A stretch of 64,000 nt of DNA from Octopus sinensis (lineage: Eukaryota): assembly GCF_006345805.1 (NCBI RefSeq), contig NC_043010.1, forward strand, positions 51,584,001 to 51,648,000, read 5' to 3'. Shown in pieces: positions 27,744 to 39,899 of this stretch (the stretch's first letter is position 1; every line of letters starts with the position of its first letter). The notes beneath the pieces are model-generated. The model made no database searches. It was not told the DNA's origin and saw only the letters and a program-made list of their open reading frames with translations. The translations under genes were made by a program, and so were the position numbers.

Positions 27744-30083
27744 ATATCCATATACATAATTGATTTAAAAAGATCAAAGCATAGATCTTGTGTAATTATG
27801 AGGTCAACAGATAATAGGTCATTGACTTCAACATATTATTACAGATTTTTGATTAAGGTAACTGATAATACTCCTGACAATTTGGGTGAACAGGGATTTT
27901 TAATTAATCTAACTTAAATTAATTATTCATTGCAAAATTCAATTTTTGTATCTATCTAACCTTTGGTCATGAATGCTGGATAGGTAATGACCAAAAGAAT
28001 ATGATTGCAAAAATACCAGTGGCCAAACTGGAGTTCCTTGAAGGATCTCTGGAGTTTATCCTACTTGGTAGGATGTGCAACATGGAGATCAGGGTGTCCC
28101 TCTAGGTCAAACCATTGCTTCTCTGCAGGTCATGGCTCTGGTATTGCAGACTTGTGGTTAAGATGCTACAGGAAATGATCACATGGCAGGTTCTTGGAGC
28201 CCAGGCAACCAAGATGAGATCTTGGGATAGGTCAAAAGTAAGACGTTTAGATAATATCCATAGTCCTAGATGGTCATGGTTGGGAATCTAACAGGAAAAT
28301 GTAATGATGGTTACTTCTGATAGGATCCTATGGAAGGGGTGCCTGAGGACTCTATCTTCATGGCTTTGCTAGGAACAATGGGTGGTGAGTGAAGATGAAC
28401 GGATAAATGTATTGCAGTTTATAATCATGAAATTAATAACGTTCATCTTAATGGAAAAGCTGTTGAACACAAATAATAAAAGTATCTACTATATGTGAAA
28501 TTTATGCTTTTCTACTTTATTCTCTCTCTCTCTATATATATATATATAGTTAATCCAAACAAGAAAGCACAAAAAAACACAACGTGAGGACGTGGAACAA
28601 ATATAGTATTATTGGACGCTCAGGAAAGAAGGAAAGAAGGAGGGTTTAACGTTTCGAGCGGAGCTCTTCGTCAGAAACATAGGAGAAGGAAAGATCCAGA
28701 GAAGGGAAGACAGAGGAAAAAAAATCGCCAACGGTACACACGTGGTCATGGAGAATTCTATCGCCATGATAGATCAGTAGCCACTACACACATTTTTTTT
28801 CTTTCCTTGTTTCTCCCCTTGTTTTTTTTCTGTGTCTCTTTCTGTAGAAGAGCGTAGGCTCGAAACGTAAAAGACTTTTTCAATTCCTGAGCGTTATACT
28901 AACACATCTGTTTATTTTCTACACCACCTGTCTTCATCTTTTGTTTTTTGCGTGAATTCTCCCCATATATCACATGCTCACATGGTCGCACCAGTTGATC
29001 CTGTCTTCTCTCATCACCCACGAACTTCTCCACTGGACTTTCTACCTTTCTACCCTTTACTGATTCTCTTACCCAATCAGAGGGAGGATGAGAGAGAGAG
29101 AGAGAGAGAAAGAGAGCGTGAGCAAGAATTAACCAGAAGGAGAGAAGAAACAGGTGTGCTGCTGAAGAGGTGGGACATGGTCACCAAAGGAAGAGAGGGT
29201 GAGTTAAGAAGAAAGAGTAGTGCCGTCATAAAGGAGATACATGGTTACCTAGCCAGAGGTAAACGGAAAAAATGAGATGGCCATAGCTGGCATGTCTTTC
29301 ATCCTAGGTTTATTAATGCCTATTTCTTTATTACCCACAAGGGGCTAAACACAGAGGGGACAAACAAGGACAGACATAGGTATTAAGTCGATTACATCGA
29401 CCCCAGTGCGTAACTGGTACTTAATTTATCGACCCCGAAAGGATGAAAGGCAAAGTTGACCTCGGCGAAATTTGAACTCACAACGTAATGGCAGACGAAA
29501 TACCGCTAAGCATTTCGCTCGGTGTGCTAACGTTTCTGCCAGCTCGCTGCCTTTGCGGTTTATTAATGCCATTACAGCAAACCTGGGGCTTAGGACCAGT
29601 ACCAATGCATCCCATAATGCCACACGTTATAATACATGCCATCTCTTTCTTTCTTTCTTTCTTTCTTTCTCTACCCTTATCTGTCTCTCCTATTCACTGA
29701 TTTCTCCAACTTATTCTCCTTCTCTAATTCTTTCTTTCTTTCTTTCTTCCTCTGTTTCCTCCTATGTCTCTATCTCCTCTCACCTCTCTTCTTCCTCTCC
29801 CTCCCTCTCTTCTTCCCTACACTCTCACCAGGTGGCCATGTAAGCTGGTGACCTTTGAAACTGTAAAAAATCTAGGTTTGTGACAGAGCTAAAGAAAGAG
29901 CAGAGAGAGAGAGAGAGAGAGAGAGAAGAGAAGGATAAGCTGAGAAAGTGAGGGAGAGAGATGGAGAGTGAGAGGTAGAGAGAGAGAGAGGATATGAGTA
30001 GAATGGGGAAGAGGATTAGGTTGAAAAGTTCTCACACACACATACACACACATACACATACACATATTCATATACATATTTAT

Positions 30084-30138
<55 letters not shown>

Positions 30139-30220
30139 TATATATATTTATATGCATACACATGTGTGTGTATGTTTGTGTATCCATGTGTGTGTATGTT
30201 TGTGTATCCATGTGTGTGTT

Positions 30221-30252
<32 letters not shown>

Positions 30253-30458
30253 CACATACATACATAATACATATATATATATATATTTATGAATATACAG
30301 AGAGAGAGAGAGAAAGAGAGAATGAGAGAAATGATATGCAGGATATGCAGGAGAGAAGAGAAGTGTAAGGGAGAGGCAATTAATTGAAGTGAGATAGGCC
30401 TTCTGTTGCAGTGTTTTGGGCTCGCCACAGAGAAAGAGCTGATATTTTCAGCATCAGA

Positions 30459-30531
30459 ATGGCCAAATTGTTTGGATTGGTTGTCACAGGATTCATATTT
30501 GTTTTACTGCTGAATGGATCCATGGCAAGTG
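30459..30531 (+). CDS. Gene B (secreted ferritin-like) coding exon 1: signal peptide [24 protein letters not shown] + G (phase 1)
   Basis: ATG at 30459; 73 nt = 24 codons + 1; hydrophobic core; donor AGTG|gtaaga. Confidence 0.85.
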
Positions 30532-30607
30532 GTAAGAATAAAATATCTACCTGTCAGTCTGTCTGTCTATCTATCTATCTGTCTGTCTATCTATCTATCT
30601 ATCTATA

Positions 30608-30649
<42 letters not shown>

Positions 30650-30724
30650 ATCCACTATCCATCTCCTTATCCTATCATCTATCTCTCTATCTATCTATCT
30701 ATCAATCTATCTATCAATCTATCA

Positions 30725-30764
<40 letters not shown>

Positions 30765-30804
30765 CTCTATCTATCTACCTATCTATCTATCTACTTCTCT
30801 GTCT

Positions 30805-30883
<79 letters not shown>

Positions 30884-31179
30884 AAAACAGAGAGTTACTT
30901 ATTTGTAAATAAAAATGTTAATATGTGACATTCATTGCCCGAGGTTACTGTGGTCTTTTCATAGGTTTTTCTTTCTACAGATAAACCTCCCCATTTCTTG
31001 GGAACTTTTTGTACCATTTTGACTTTTTTTTGCATATATACCCAACGATTTTGATACAGTTTGATTGTTGCCCCCACTTTTTTGCCCCCCCCCCACTCGA
31101 AAAGAAAAACTCTACATTGTAATTGTCCCCTCTGTGTCTAGCCCTGTGTGGCCAATAAAGAAAGTTATCTGTCTATCTT

Positions 31180-31224
<45 letters not shown>

Positions 31225-31281
31225 GTATCTATGTATGTATGTATCTATCTATCTATCTATCTATCTATGTATCTATGTATG

Positions 31282-31340
<59 letters not shown>

Positions 31341-31610
31341 ACCAGTGTTTCTCAACCTTTTTTACCTATAGACTCCTTTCATTCTTATTCTGCTTGTGTG
31401 GACTCTCCTAGACATTTTAGCCATTTGTTGTTTAAAATACCTGATCGCATTAAATATTCTTAGATATTGTATAAAATCGTTAAAATACTTTGTGTATTGT
31501 ACAAGCATAACCAATTTATTGCAGATAAATTTTAACAACAAAATCTTATATGAATCCCCAAGGGCCAGATCCCTGGTTAAGAAACCCTGATCTATATGTA
31601 CAGAGATATG

Positions 31611-31656
<46 letters not shown>

Positions 31657-31779
31657 TATATATATATATACATATATATATTTCAAAGTACCTGGATTTC
31701 AGAACAACCCGCTGTGCTTGAGGAGACCTATTGAGTCAAGTACATGAACATCAAAATAAATATCAATGGAAATAGTAGT

Positions 31780-32105
31780 TGTGATACGTGTGCTGGTGGC
31801 ACGTAAAAAGCACCATCCGAACGTGGCCGATGCCAGCGCCGCCTTGACTGGCTTCTGTGCCGGTGGCACGTAAAAAGCACCAATAAATCGTGGCTGCTGC
31901 CAGACTCCCCTGGCACGTAAAAAGCACCCACTACACTCACGGAGTGGTTGGCGTTAGGAAGGGCATCCAGCTGTAGAAACACTGCCAGATCAGACTGGAG
32001 CCTGGTGCAGCTTCCTGGCTTCCCAGACCCCGGTCGAACTGTCCAACCCGTGCTAGCACGGAAAACGGACGTTAAATGATGATGATGATGATGATGATGA
32101 TGATA
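31780..32105 (+). mobile_element. RTE 3'-end-derived repeat with (GAT)n tail, representative copy
   Basis: ggtggcacgtaaaaagcacc...ggcgttaggaagggcatccagctgtagaaac...ggacgttaaatgatgat. Also ~8480-8760, 10330-10855, 34450-35420(-), 44200-44390, 56700-56910, 57770-57920, 61730-61890. Confidence 0.75.
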
Positions 32106-33059
32106 TGAGTCGCCATGATAGATCGTTAGCCACTACACACATTTTTTTTCTCTCCTTGTTTTTTTCTGTGTTCCTTTCTGTAGAAGAGCGTAGGCTCGAA
32201 ACGTAAAAGACTTTATCTATTCCTGAGCATTATACTAATACATCTGTTTGTTTTCTACACCACCTGTCTTCGTCTTTTGTTTTTTTTATGAATTCTCCCC
32301 ATATATCACACATTCACATGGTCACACCAGTTGATCTTGTCTCCTCTCATCACCCACGAACTTCTCCACTGGACTTTCTACCTTTCTACCCTTTGCGGAT
32401 TCTCTTATGGGCTTTTTACACTTGTCTTTTGTTTTTTCGTAAACTCTTCCTATATATATATGTATATACTCTTTTACTCTTTTACTTGTTCCAGTCATTT
32501 GACTGCGGCCATGCTGGAGCACTGCCTTTAGTCGAGCAAATCGACCCCAGGACTTATTCTTTGGAAGTCTAGTACTTATTCTATCAGTCTCTTTTGCCGA
32601 ACCGCTAAGTTACGGCGACGTAAACACACCAGCATCAGTTGCCAAGTGATGTTGGGGGATACAAACACAGACACACAAACACAGACACACACACACACAC
32701 ACACGCACACACACACACACATATATATATATACATATACATATATACGACGGGCTTCTTTCAGTTTCTGTCTACCAAATTCACTCACAAGGCTTTGGTC
32801 GGCCCAAGGCTATAGTAGAAGACACTTGCCTAAGGTGGCACGCAGTGGAACTGAACCCGGAACCATGTGGTTGGTAAGCAAGCTACTTTATTTCATAAAT
32901 ATTTGCCATGAAGGCATTACAAAGATGGGACGAACAAGAACAGACAACAGGGTGAAGTAGCTGTAGTGATTAAATATTTACAATTTAAAAATATAATAAT
33001 TTAATAAATATGTTTATAACTTCTCTTAAGCGTTGCTCATTACAAATGAAATTTGTAAT

Positions 33060-34270
33060 GGCTTCTCTGAAGTATAGGCATCCGACCACCAGGGTAGACC
33101 CCTTGCTTTTTCTTTCCTGTTTTTGGCTTCCACTTACCTGGTGCTAAACACTCCCAGCTTCCTTGCCACAGGCTTCCATCTTCTCATGAATCTGTCTCAT
33201 GACAGGTACCTTTTCTTCAGCCTGATCTTATTACTAAGGTGGTAACTAAAAAAGTTAACCAACCCCTGGTCGGATACAAAGGTACCCAACACTATGCCTC
33301 TCACACGCGTCTTCCATACTGTTTTTTCAGGATGGCTACTATGCAGAAAAAGCAAGCCTTCCTTTTCCTGTTAAGGGCAGGAGGTGGTACAATCTCAGCT
33401 GATAGCTGTACTCTTCCCATCAATGACAACAGTTGCTCTGCAAAAACTATCAGTCTTGTTAATTCCGGACACTCCAGAAATGCGTGCAAGACGGTTTCCC
33501 TGGCCCGGTCTCACCTCGGACATCTCAGCGAGACGGCACTTCCGTGCCTTGACAGTTTATCACAAACAGGTAACGCCGCATGGAAGCACTGCCAACCCAA
33601 TGATTTCTGGTAATTGTTCAGATACCCCGGCCCGAAAGTTCTCCGGAACAGGTTGATTAACTGATTTTCAATGTAGCCCAGGGTCTCCCCCAAGGCGTCT
33701 TCGGACTTAACCTCCACTAACCCACTATAGAAAACCGTGGTGGAACTCTTGTTGCCGGCATTGCCCACCCGAGAGAGTAGCTAAAGTGCCTGGTGGCCTC
33801 TTCCACCACTGGAAGCTGGTCCCCTTCCGCCATGATGATGGAGATGCCATCCGCATACGCCATAGCTCCTCTTCCACACCATAGATCATGCGGTGTGCCC
33901 CTAGTGCCTCCAACTTCTGCAATAATGGCTCAAGAACCAATACATACAAAAGTGGGGACAGAGGACATCCCTGATGCACTGAGCGCTCGATCCTGATGGA
34001 CTCAATGTTGCTGTACAATGCAGCAATCCAACCACGGAAGGTTGGGCCAGCCTTCTTGAGGACCACTGCCAAGTACCGATGGTCGACCCTATTGAATGCC
34101 TTAGACTGGTCTTAATGTACCAGTGCCCCCCCCTGCACCAGAAAGCTTCCCCAGCCTCTTTAAGGAGTAGCGTATAAGGTGGAGATTGTCATGGATCGTC
34201 CTGCCCTGAATAGTACACGTTTACGCTTCCCCGACAAGTTTGTCCATGACTAGCGCCAACATTTTTGCTA
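33060..34270 (-). mobile_element. L1/Tx1-clade LINE ORF2 fragment, degraded
   Basis: HQGCPLSPLLYVLVLEPL (RT) and CPRCDRARETVLHAFLECP (C-terminal zinc finger). Confidence 0.8.
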
Positions 34271-34334
34271 CACTTGTTGCTTATTTTGATTATATATATA
34301 TATAGATATATACACATGTGTTGTGTGTGTATGT

Positions 34335-34378
<44 letters not shown>

Positions 34379-35850
34379 TGTGTGTGTGTGATATCTATCT
34401 ATCTATCTATATAGATATATTCATTATCATCATGATCATCATTTAATGTTCATTGTCTATGCTGGCATGAGTTGGATGGTTTGACCAGGGCTGTTAAGCT
34501 GAGGGGCTGCACCAGACTCCAGGCTGAGATGGCATGGTTTCTATGGCGATATGCCCTTCCTAATGCCAATCACTCTGAGAGTGTAATGGGTGCTTTTACA
34601 TTCCACTGGCACAGGTGCCAGTTGTGTGACATCAGTATCTGCTATGACTATGATTTTACTTGGCTTGATGGGTCTTCTATTCAAGCACAGCATATTGTCA
34701 AAGATCTTGGTCATTTGTCATAGCTTCTGTGGGACCCAACACTCAAAAGACACTTTTCACGTGCCACTGGCATGGATGCTAGTTATGTGACACCAGCATT
34801 GGCCTTATATATATATATCATCTTCATTTAATGTCCGCTTCCCATGCTAGCATGGGTTGGACGATTTGACTGAGGATTGGTGAGCCAGATGGTTGCACCA
34901 GGCTCCAATCTGATCTGGCAGTTTCTACAGCTGGATGCCCTTCCTAACGCCAACCACTCTGAGAGTGTAGTGGGTGCTTTTATGTGCCACCAGCACGAGG
35001 GCCAGTCAGGTGGTACTGGCAACGGTCACACTCAAATGGTGTTTTTTATGCGCCACCTGCACAGGAGCCAGTCCAGCGGCACTGGCAACGGCCTTGCTTG
35101 AATGTTTTTTTCATATGCCAACGGCACAAGTGCCAGTAAGGTGACGCTGGTAACAATCACACTTGAATGGTGCTTTTTACGTGCCACCAGCATGGAAGCC
35201 AGTTTAGCTGCTCTGGCAACGATCACGCTCGGATGGTGCTCTTAGCGCTCCACTAGCACAGATGCCAGTCATCGAATTTGATGTCAATTTCAATGTCACT
35301 TGCCTCAACAGGTCTTCGCAAGCAGAGTTTGGTGTCCAAAGGTACGCATAAGTGGGCTGGTTACACCCCTGGCATAGGCCATGAGGTTATGGTCTCACTT
35401 GGCTTGCCGGGTCTTCTCAAGCACAGCATATTTCCAAAGGTCTTGGAAGTTAATAACAACTTGCATACAGATATGTCTATGTTTTGTCAGGTTATGAAAT
35501 GTTTATTTCTTTATCATTTGCAGTAATATGCAGGATGTTTCATATATATATGTTTTATATATATATAAATGTATGTATGAATATATATATGTATATATAT
35601 TGTTGAAGTTTTAGGTTCAGTTTTATGGAGAGCCTTTGACTTTTCTATTGGAAAAGGTTTTCTTAATCTAATCCTTACATGCTTTTGTTTATAGCTTTAT
35701 AAGTACTTCATGAACCAATTTCAAAAGAGAACCATAAGTGTTTATATATATATATATATATATATAATAATATATATAGATATATAACTATATAATATAT
35801 ATATATATATTATATTATTTTATTAATCATATGTTATTCTTTTTATTTAG

Positions 35851-35924
35851 ATGGCAAAGTGGCCAACAAGTTGAAGCTCCTCTTCCAGGCATATTACCAA
35901 AAATTTTGAACTCCTGCGGCTGCT
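35851..35924 (+). CDS. Gene B exon 2: (D)GKVANKLKLLFQAYYQKF*TPAAA, with in-frame TGA at 35907-35909
   Basis: Acceptor ttctttttatttag, donor TGCT|gtgagt; 74 nt; phase 1 to 0 is required by both flanking exons and mirrors gene A exon 2. Confidence 0.75.
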
Positions 35925-36023
35925 GTGAGTATATATGTATATACAGTAATATATATATATACAGTATATATATATATATATATATATATATCTAATATGT
36001 ATATATATGTATATATGTATGTG

Positions 36024-36075
<52 letters not shown>

Positions 36076-36278
36076 TATATAATAAATATATAATATATAT
36101 CCTTTTATTTGTTTCAGTCATTTGACAGATATATACAGTAATATATATATATATATATCAAAAAGCAATAAAGATTCAAGTTAATTTAAATGAATTTACT
36201 TGAATATGGTACCTAACTTAGATGCACCAAAAAAAACTATACTGTTTTAACAATACAGTAATGTGGGGTGATTATAAG

Positions 36279-36907
36279 CGAGAAAGAAGCAACAAGAATG
36301 GATAGGTTTTTAGTACAATCGTTTCATACAAGGACAGGCTTTATTAAAAGTTGCAAAAATTACAGCATATAAACGTGTCCCGTACTCATCAGCTAAAATA
36401 CATGTGAGTTCTCTAGACATCCTAGTGGTTGAGGCTATACTCATGAAGTAATGTAGATAATTAAGTAACATAAACAGATTTCCAAAGTTCATTAAAGTTC
36501 TTTAAAGATGATGTACAGTCTTATCACAGAATTTTAAAAAAGTTTCAATAGCATCACAGAGAAGGTATGTAATCCCTCATCATATCTCTGGAAATTCATA
36601 TGTGCAATATGGATTAGGTCACCTTCTCTGTGATGCTATTGAAACTTTTTTAAATTCTGTGATAAGACTGTACATCATCTTTAAGAAACTTTAATGAACT
36701 TTGGAAATCTGTTTATGTTACTTAATTATCTACATTACTTCATGAGTATAGCCTCAACCACTAGGATGTCTAGAGAACTCACATGTATTTTAGCTGATGA
36801 GTACGGGACACGTTTATATGCTGTAATTTTTGCAACTTTTAATAAAGCCTGTCCTTGTATGAAACGATTGTACTAAAAACCTATCCATTCTTGTTGCTTC
36901 TTTCTCG
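36279..36907. repeat. Near-perfect inverted repeat (arms ~288 bp, loop ~54 bp)
   Basis: ORF track shows identical peptides at 36310-36492(-) and 36694-36876(+); arms end at 36566 and start at 36621. Confidence 0.95.
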
Positions 36908-36919
36908 TATATATATAAT

Positions 36920-36980
<61 letters not shown>

Positions 36981-36992
36981 TATATATATGTA

Positions 36993-37079
<87 letters not shown>

Positions 37080-37102
37080 GTATATATATGTATATACACA
37101 TA

Positions 37103-37630
37103 TATTAGGTTGTCCATGAAGTTCTGAGTGTTTTTTTCATATGCAAAAAGGGATATAAATAATTGACCTTTCAATAAATTTTATTTAATGAAGTAATTTC
37201 CATTGTTATTAATGACCTTTGCCCATCTATCAAGCAATTTACGTATTCTATCAGCATAAAATTTAACTGGTTTTTGGATAAAAAAAAGTTATGGAAATTT
37301 CGACTTCATCTAAATCATTAAATGTTTTGCATTGCAATGAATTCTGTAGGGGCAAAAACAAGTGGCAGTCGGATGGCACAATATCAAGAGAATATGATGG
37401 ATGGGTAAGAGAGCCAAGCCTAGTTCATGTAACTTTAGTCGGGTGGCCAAAGATACATGTGGTTGGACATTGTCTTCTTGGAACATTACCCTTTTCCTGT
37501 TGGCAATCTCCACCACCAGTTCTGATTTTTTGGGTTCAAATTAACCAGCTGACAGCAGTACACGTCAGAATTAATGGTCTGGTCTTGTGGGAGAAGCTCA
37601 TAATAAACAATGCCTTTATGATCCCACCAA
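37103..37630 (-). mobile_element. Mariner transposase C-terminal half with one TIR
   Basis: VWWDHKGIVYYELL, MFQEDNVQPH, YSxD..PSD..LF motifs; TIR-like tattaggttgtcc at 37103. Confidence 0.85.
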
Positions 37631-37639
37631 ACATGGATA

Positions 37640-38135
37640 TTTGTCTTTGATTGCATTATTATTATTTTGTTTGACTTTTGCTTTATCTTTGTACATGTTG
37701 GCTCCAAGTCTCACCCAGAGACCTCAAGAGACAACAAGTTGGAAGTTCATTTTGGTGTTATGCCTAGGGTGCCATATATTTGGTTTTGTATATAGTGTTG
37801 TTCTAGAGAATGTTTAAGAAACCGTAAGAAAATTACGTTTGTTTTAAAACTTGAGAGTATATAGAAAGTATTTTGCGTAGGATATGAGCAGTTCCCATGA
37901 GCACTATCTTTTGAATTTCTACCATTTTTGGGTTTCCTGATATCTGGGTTAGGAAGCAATCAGCCCCTTTTGCTATCATTCCCAGGGCACCTATGACAAC
38001 AGGTATTGTTTTAGTCTTCAGGTTCCACATTTTGCTAATTTCTATTTCAAGAGCTTTATATTTGCTCAGTTTTTGTCTGAAGTCTTTCAATATGATATCT
38101 GGCCTATTCACATCTATCTTTCTGTCAGTTTGAAC
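37640..38135 (-). mobile_element. R4/Dong-like (restriction-like endonuclease) LINE 3' end
   Basis: ORF 37833-38111 NRPDIILKDF...KYKALEIEISKMW...IPVVIGALG, AAT-type tail. Second copy 13020-13380(+) inside (TAA)n; possible RT-region remnants ~24620-25510. Confidence 0.75.
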
Positions 38136-38245
38136 GGTGAAGTTTCAGAGGAGTGAGATGTGATCATTTTCAAGCACTGGAGGTGGTTTGTGTTCCCACC
38201 AGTTTATCATCATCATCATCATCATTATCATCATCATCATCATCA

Positions 38246-38307
<62 letters not shown>

Positions 38308-38367
38308 GTTATTATTATTAAGAAAAATAAATAGAAGAGTGCCATAGTTATCATGTGAAATTGGTTG

Positions 38368-38426
<59 letters not shown>

Positions 38427-38468
38427 GTTGTAGTAGTAGTAGTAGCAGTAGTAGTAGTAGTAGTAGTT

Positions 38469-38503
<35 letters not shown>

Positions 38504-38571
38504 TGTATAATTTTTTATTTTGATTTTGCTTCTTTTAATGATATTTTGTATTATTTTATTTCTATTTCCAG

Positions 38572-38712
38572 GGAAATAGTTTCAATCAGCATTCATGGAA
38601 AGGATTCAGTGCAAAATTCCATGAGTATTCCAGTCAGAGTTATGACTTAGGTTTATATACCTTGGACCTTTCGAATAAACATGGGTTTGTGTTCGATTTC
38701 CAAGAAGTGGCG
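38572..38712 (+). CDS. Gene B exon 3: GNSFNQHSWKGFSAKFHEYSSQSYDLGLYTLDLSNKHGFVFDFQEVA
   Basis: Acceptor tttctatttccag, donor GGCG|gtaagt; 141 nt, phase 0-0, open. HSWKGFS resembles gene A YAWPGLS; LSNKHGFVFDFQEV resembles ferritin LQNQRGGRIFLQDI. Confidence 0.85.
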
Positions 38713-39899
38713 GTAAGTTTGCATTTTACCATTTGTCACGACAGAGTTCTTCTATATTATATTTGACACAAAGCCTAGATGTTTTGGGTCGCTGTCATAG
38801 ATTTGGAAATTTTGAAATTTAGTAAATATAGGTATAGGTGTGGCTGTGTGGTAAGTAGCTTGCTTACCAACCACATAGGTCCGGGTTCAGTCCCACTGCA
38901 TGGCACCTTGGACAGGTGTCTTCTACTACAGCCTCAGACCGACCAAAGCCTTGTGAGCGGATTTGGTTGACGGAAACTGAAAGAAGCCCATCGTATATAT
39001 GTATATATATATGTGTATGTATGTGTGTATATATGTTTGTGTCTGTGTTTGTCCTCCCAACATTGCTTAATAACCGATGCTGGTGTGTTTACGTCCCCAT
39101 AACTTAGCGGTTCGGCAAAAGAAATCTATAGACTAAAGGCGGTGCTCCAGCATGACCACAGTCACATGACTGAAACAAGTAAAAGAGTAAAGAGTAAGAG
39201 TATTTTCAAATTTGGTATATGGATGTTTCCAAGTTGAACATGAATTTGGGATTTATTTATTATCAGGAGAATTTTGAACAATGTTACAGAGATTCAAAGT
39301 TTGATAACTTTTTTGTCCAATTAGGAGACAGGAATTGAAAGTGGGTATCTCCTGCATGATAGCTGTCTGTTCACAAAATATTAAACAAGAAATAAGAAAC
39401 TCGTATTCCATCAGTTATGACGACGAGGGGTCCAAACAACAAAACAGCCAGCTTGCAAAATTCGTCTTGGCACTCCATCGGTTACGACGATGAGGGTTCC
39501 AGTTGATCCAATCAATGGAACAGCCTGCTTGTGAAATTAACATGCAAGTGACTATGGCTGAGTACTCCACAGACACGTGTACCCTTAAAGGCGGAGAGCT
39601 GGCAGAAACGTTAGCACGCCGTGTGAAATGCTTAGCGGTATTTCGTCTGTGTTACGCTGTGAGTTCAAATTCTGCCGAGGTCGACTTTGCCTTTCATCCT
39701 TTCGGGGTCGATAAATTAAGTACCAGTTACGCACTGGGGTCGATGTAATCGACTTAATACCTATGTCTGTCCTTGTTTGTCCCCTCTGTGTTTAGCCCCT
39801 TGTGGGTAGTAAAGAAATAGGTATTTCGCCTGTCGCTATGTTCTATTAATATTAATATATTTTAATGTTTTGATTTGGCATAGCGCTACTTATAATCTG

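Noticed and set aside
30401-30420. CAGTGT upstream of the gene B ATG as a possible iron-responsive element
   Set aside because: Flanks (tgttg / tttgg) do not form the 5-bp upper stem; it is more likely part of an acceptor (ttgcag). No IRE loop was seen upstream of gene A either.
35851-35924. Alternative stop-free frame WQSGQQVEAPLPGILPKILNSCGC for gene B exon 2
   Set aside because: Needs phase 2 in and phase 1 out; neighbours give phase 1 and phase 0, and joining it to exon 3 gives an immediate TAG.
38572-38712. TLDc- or CUB-domain resemblance (GFSAKFHE...SNKHGFVF)
   Set aside because: Spacing does not fit; exon structure and the paralogue support a ferritin-like assignment better.
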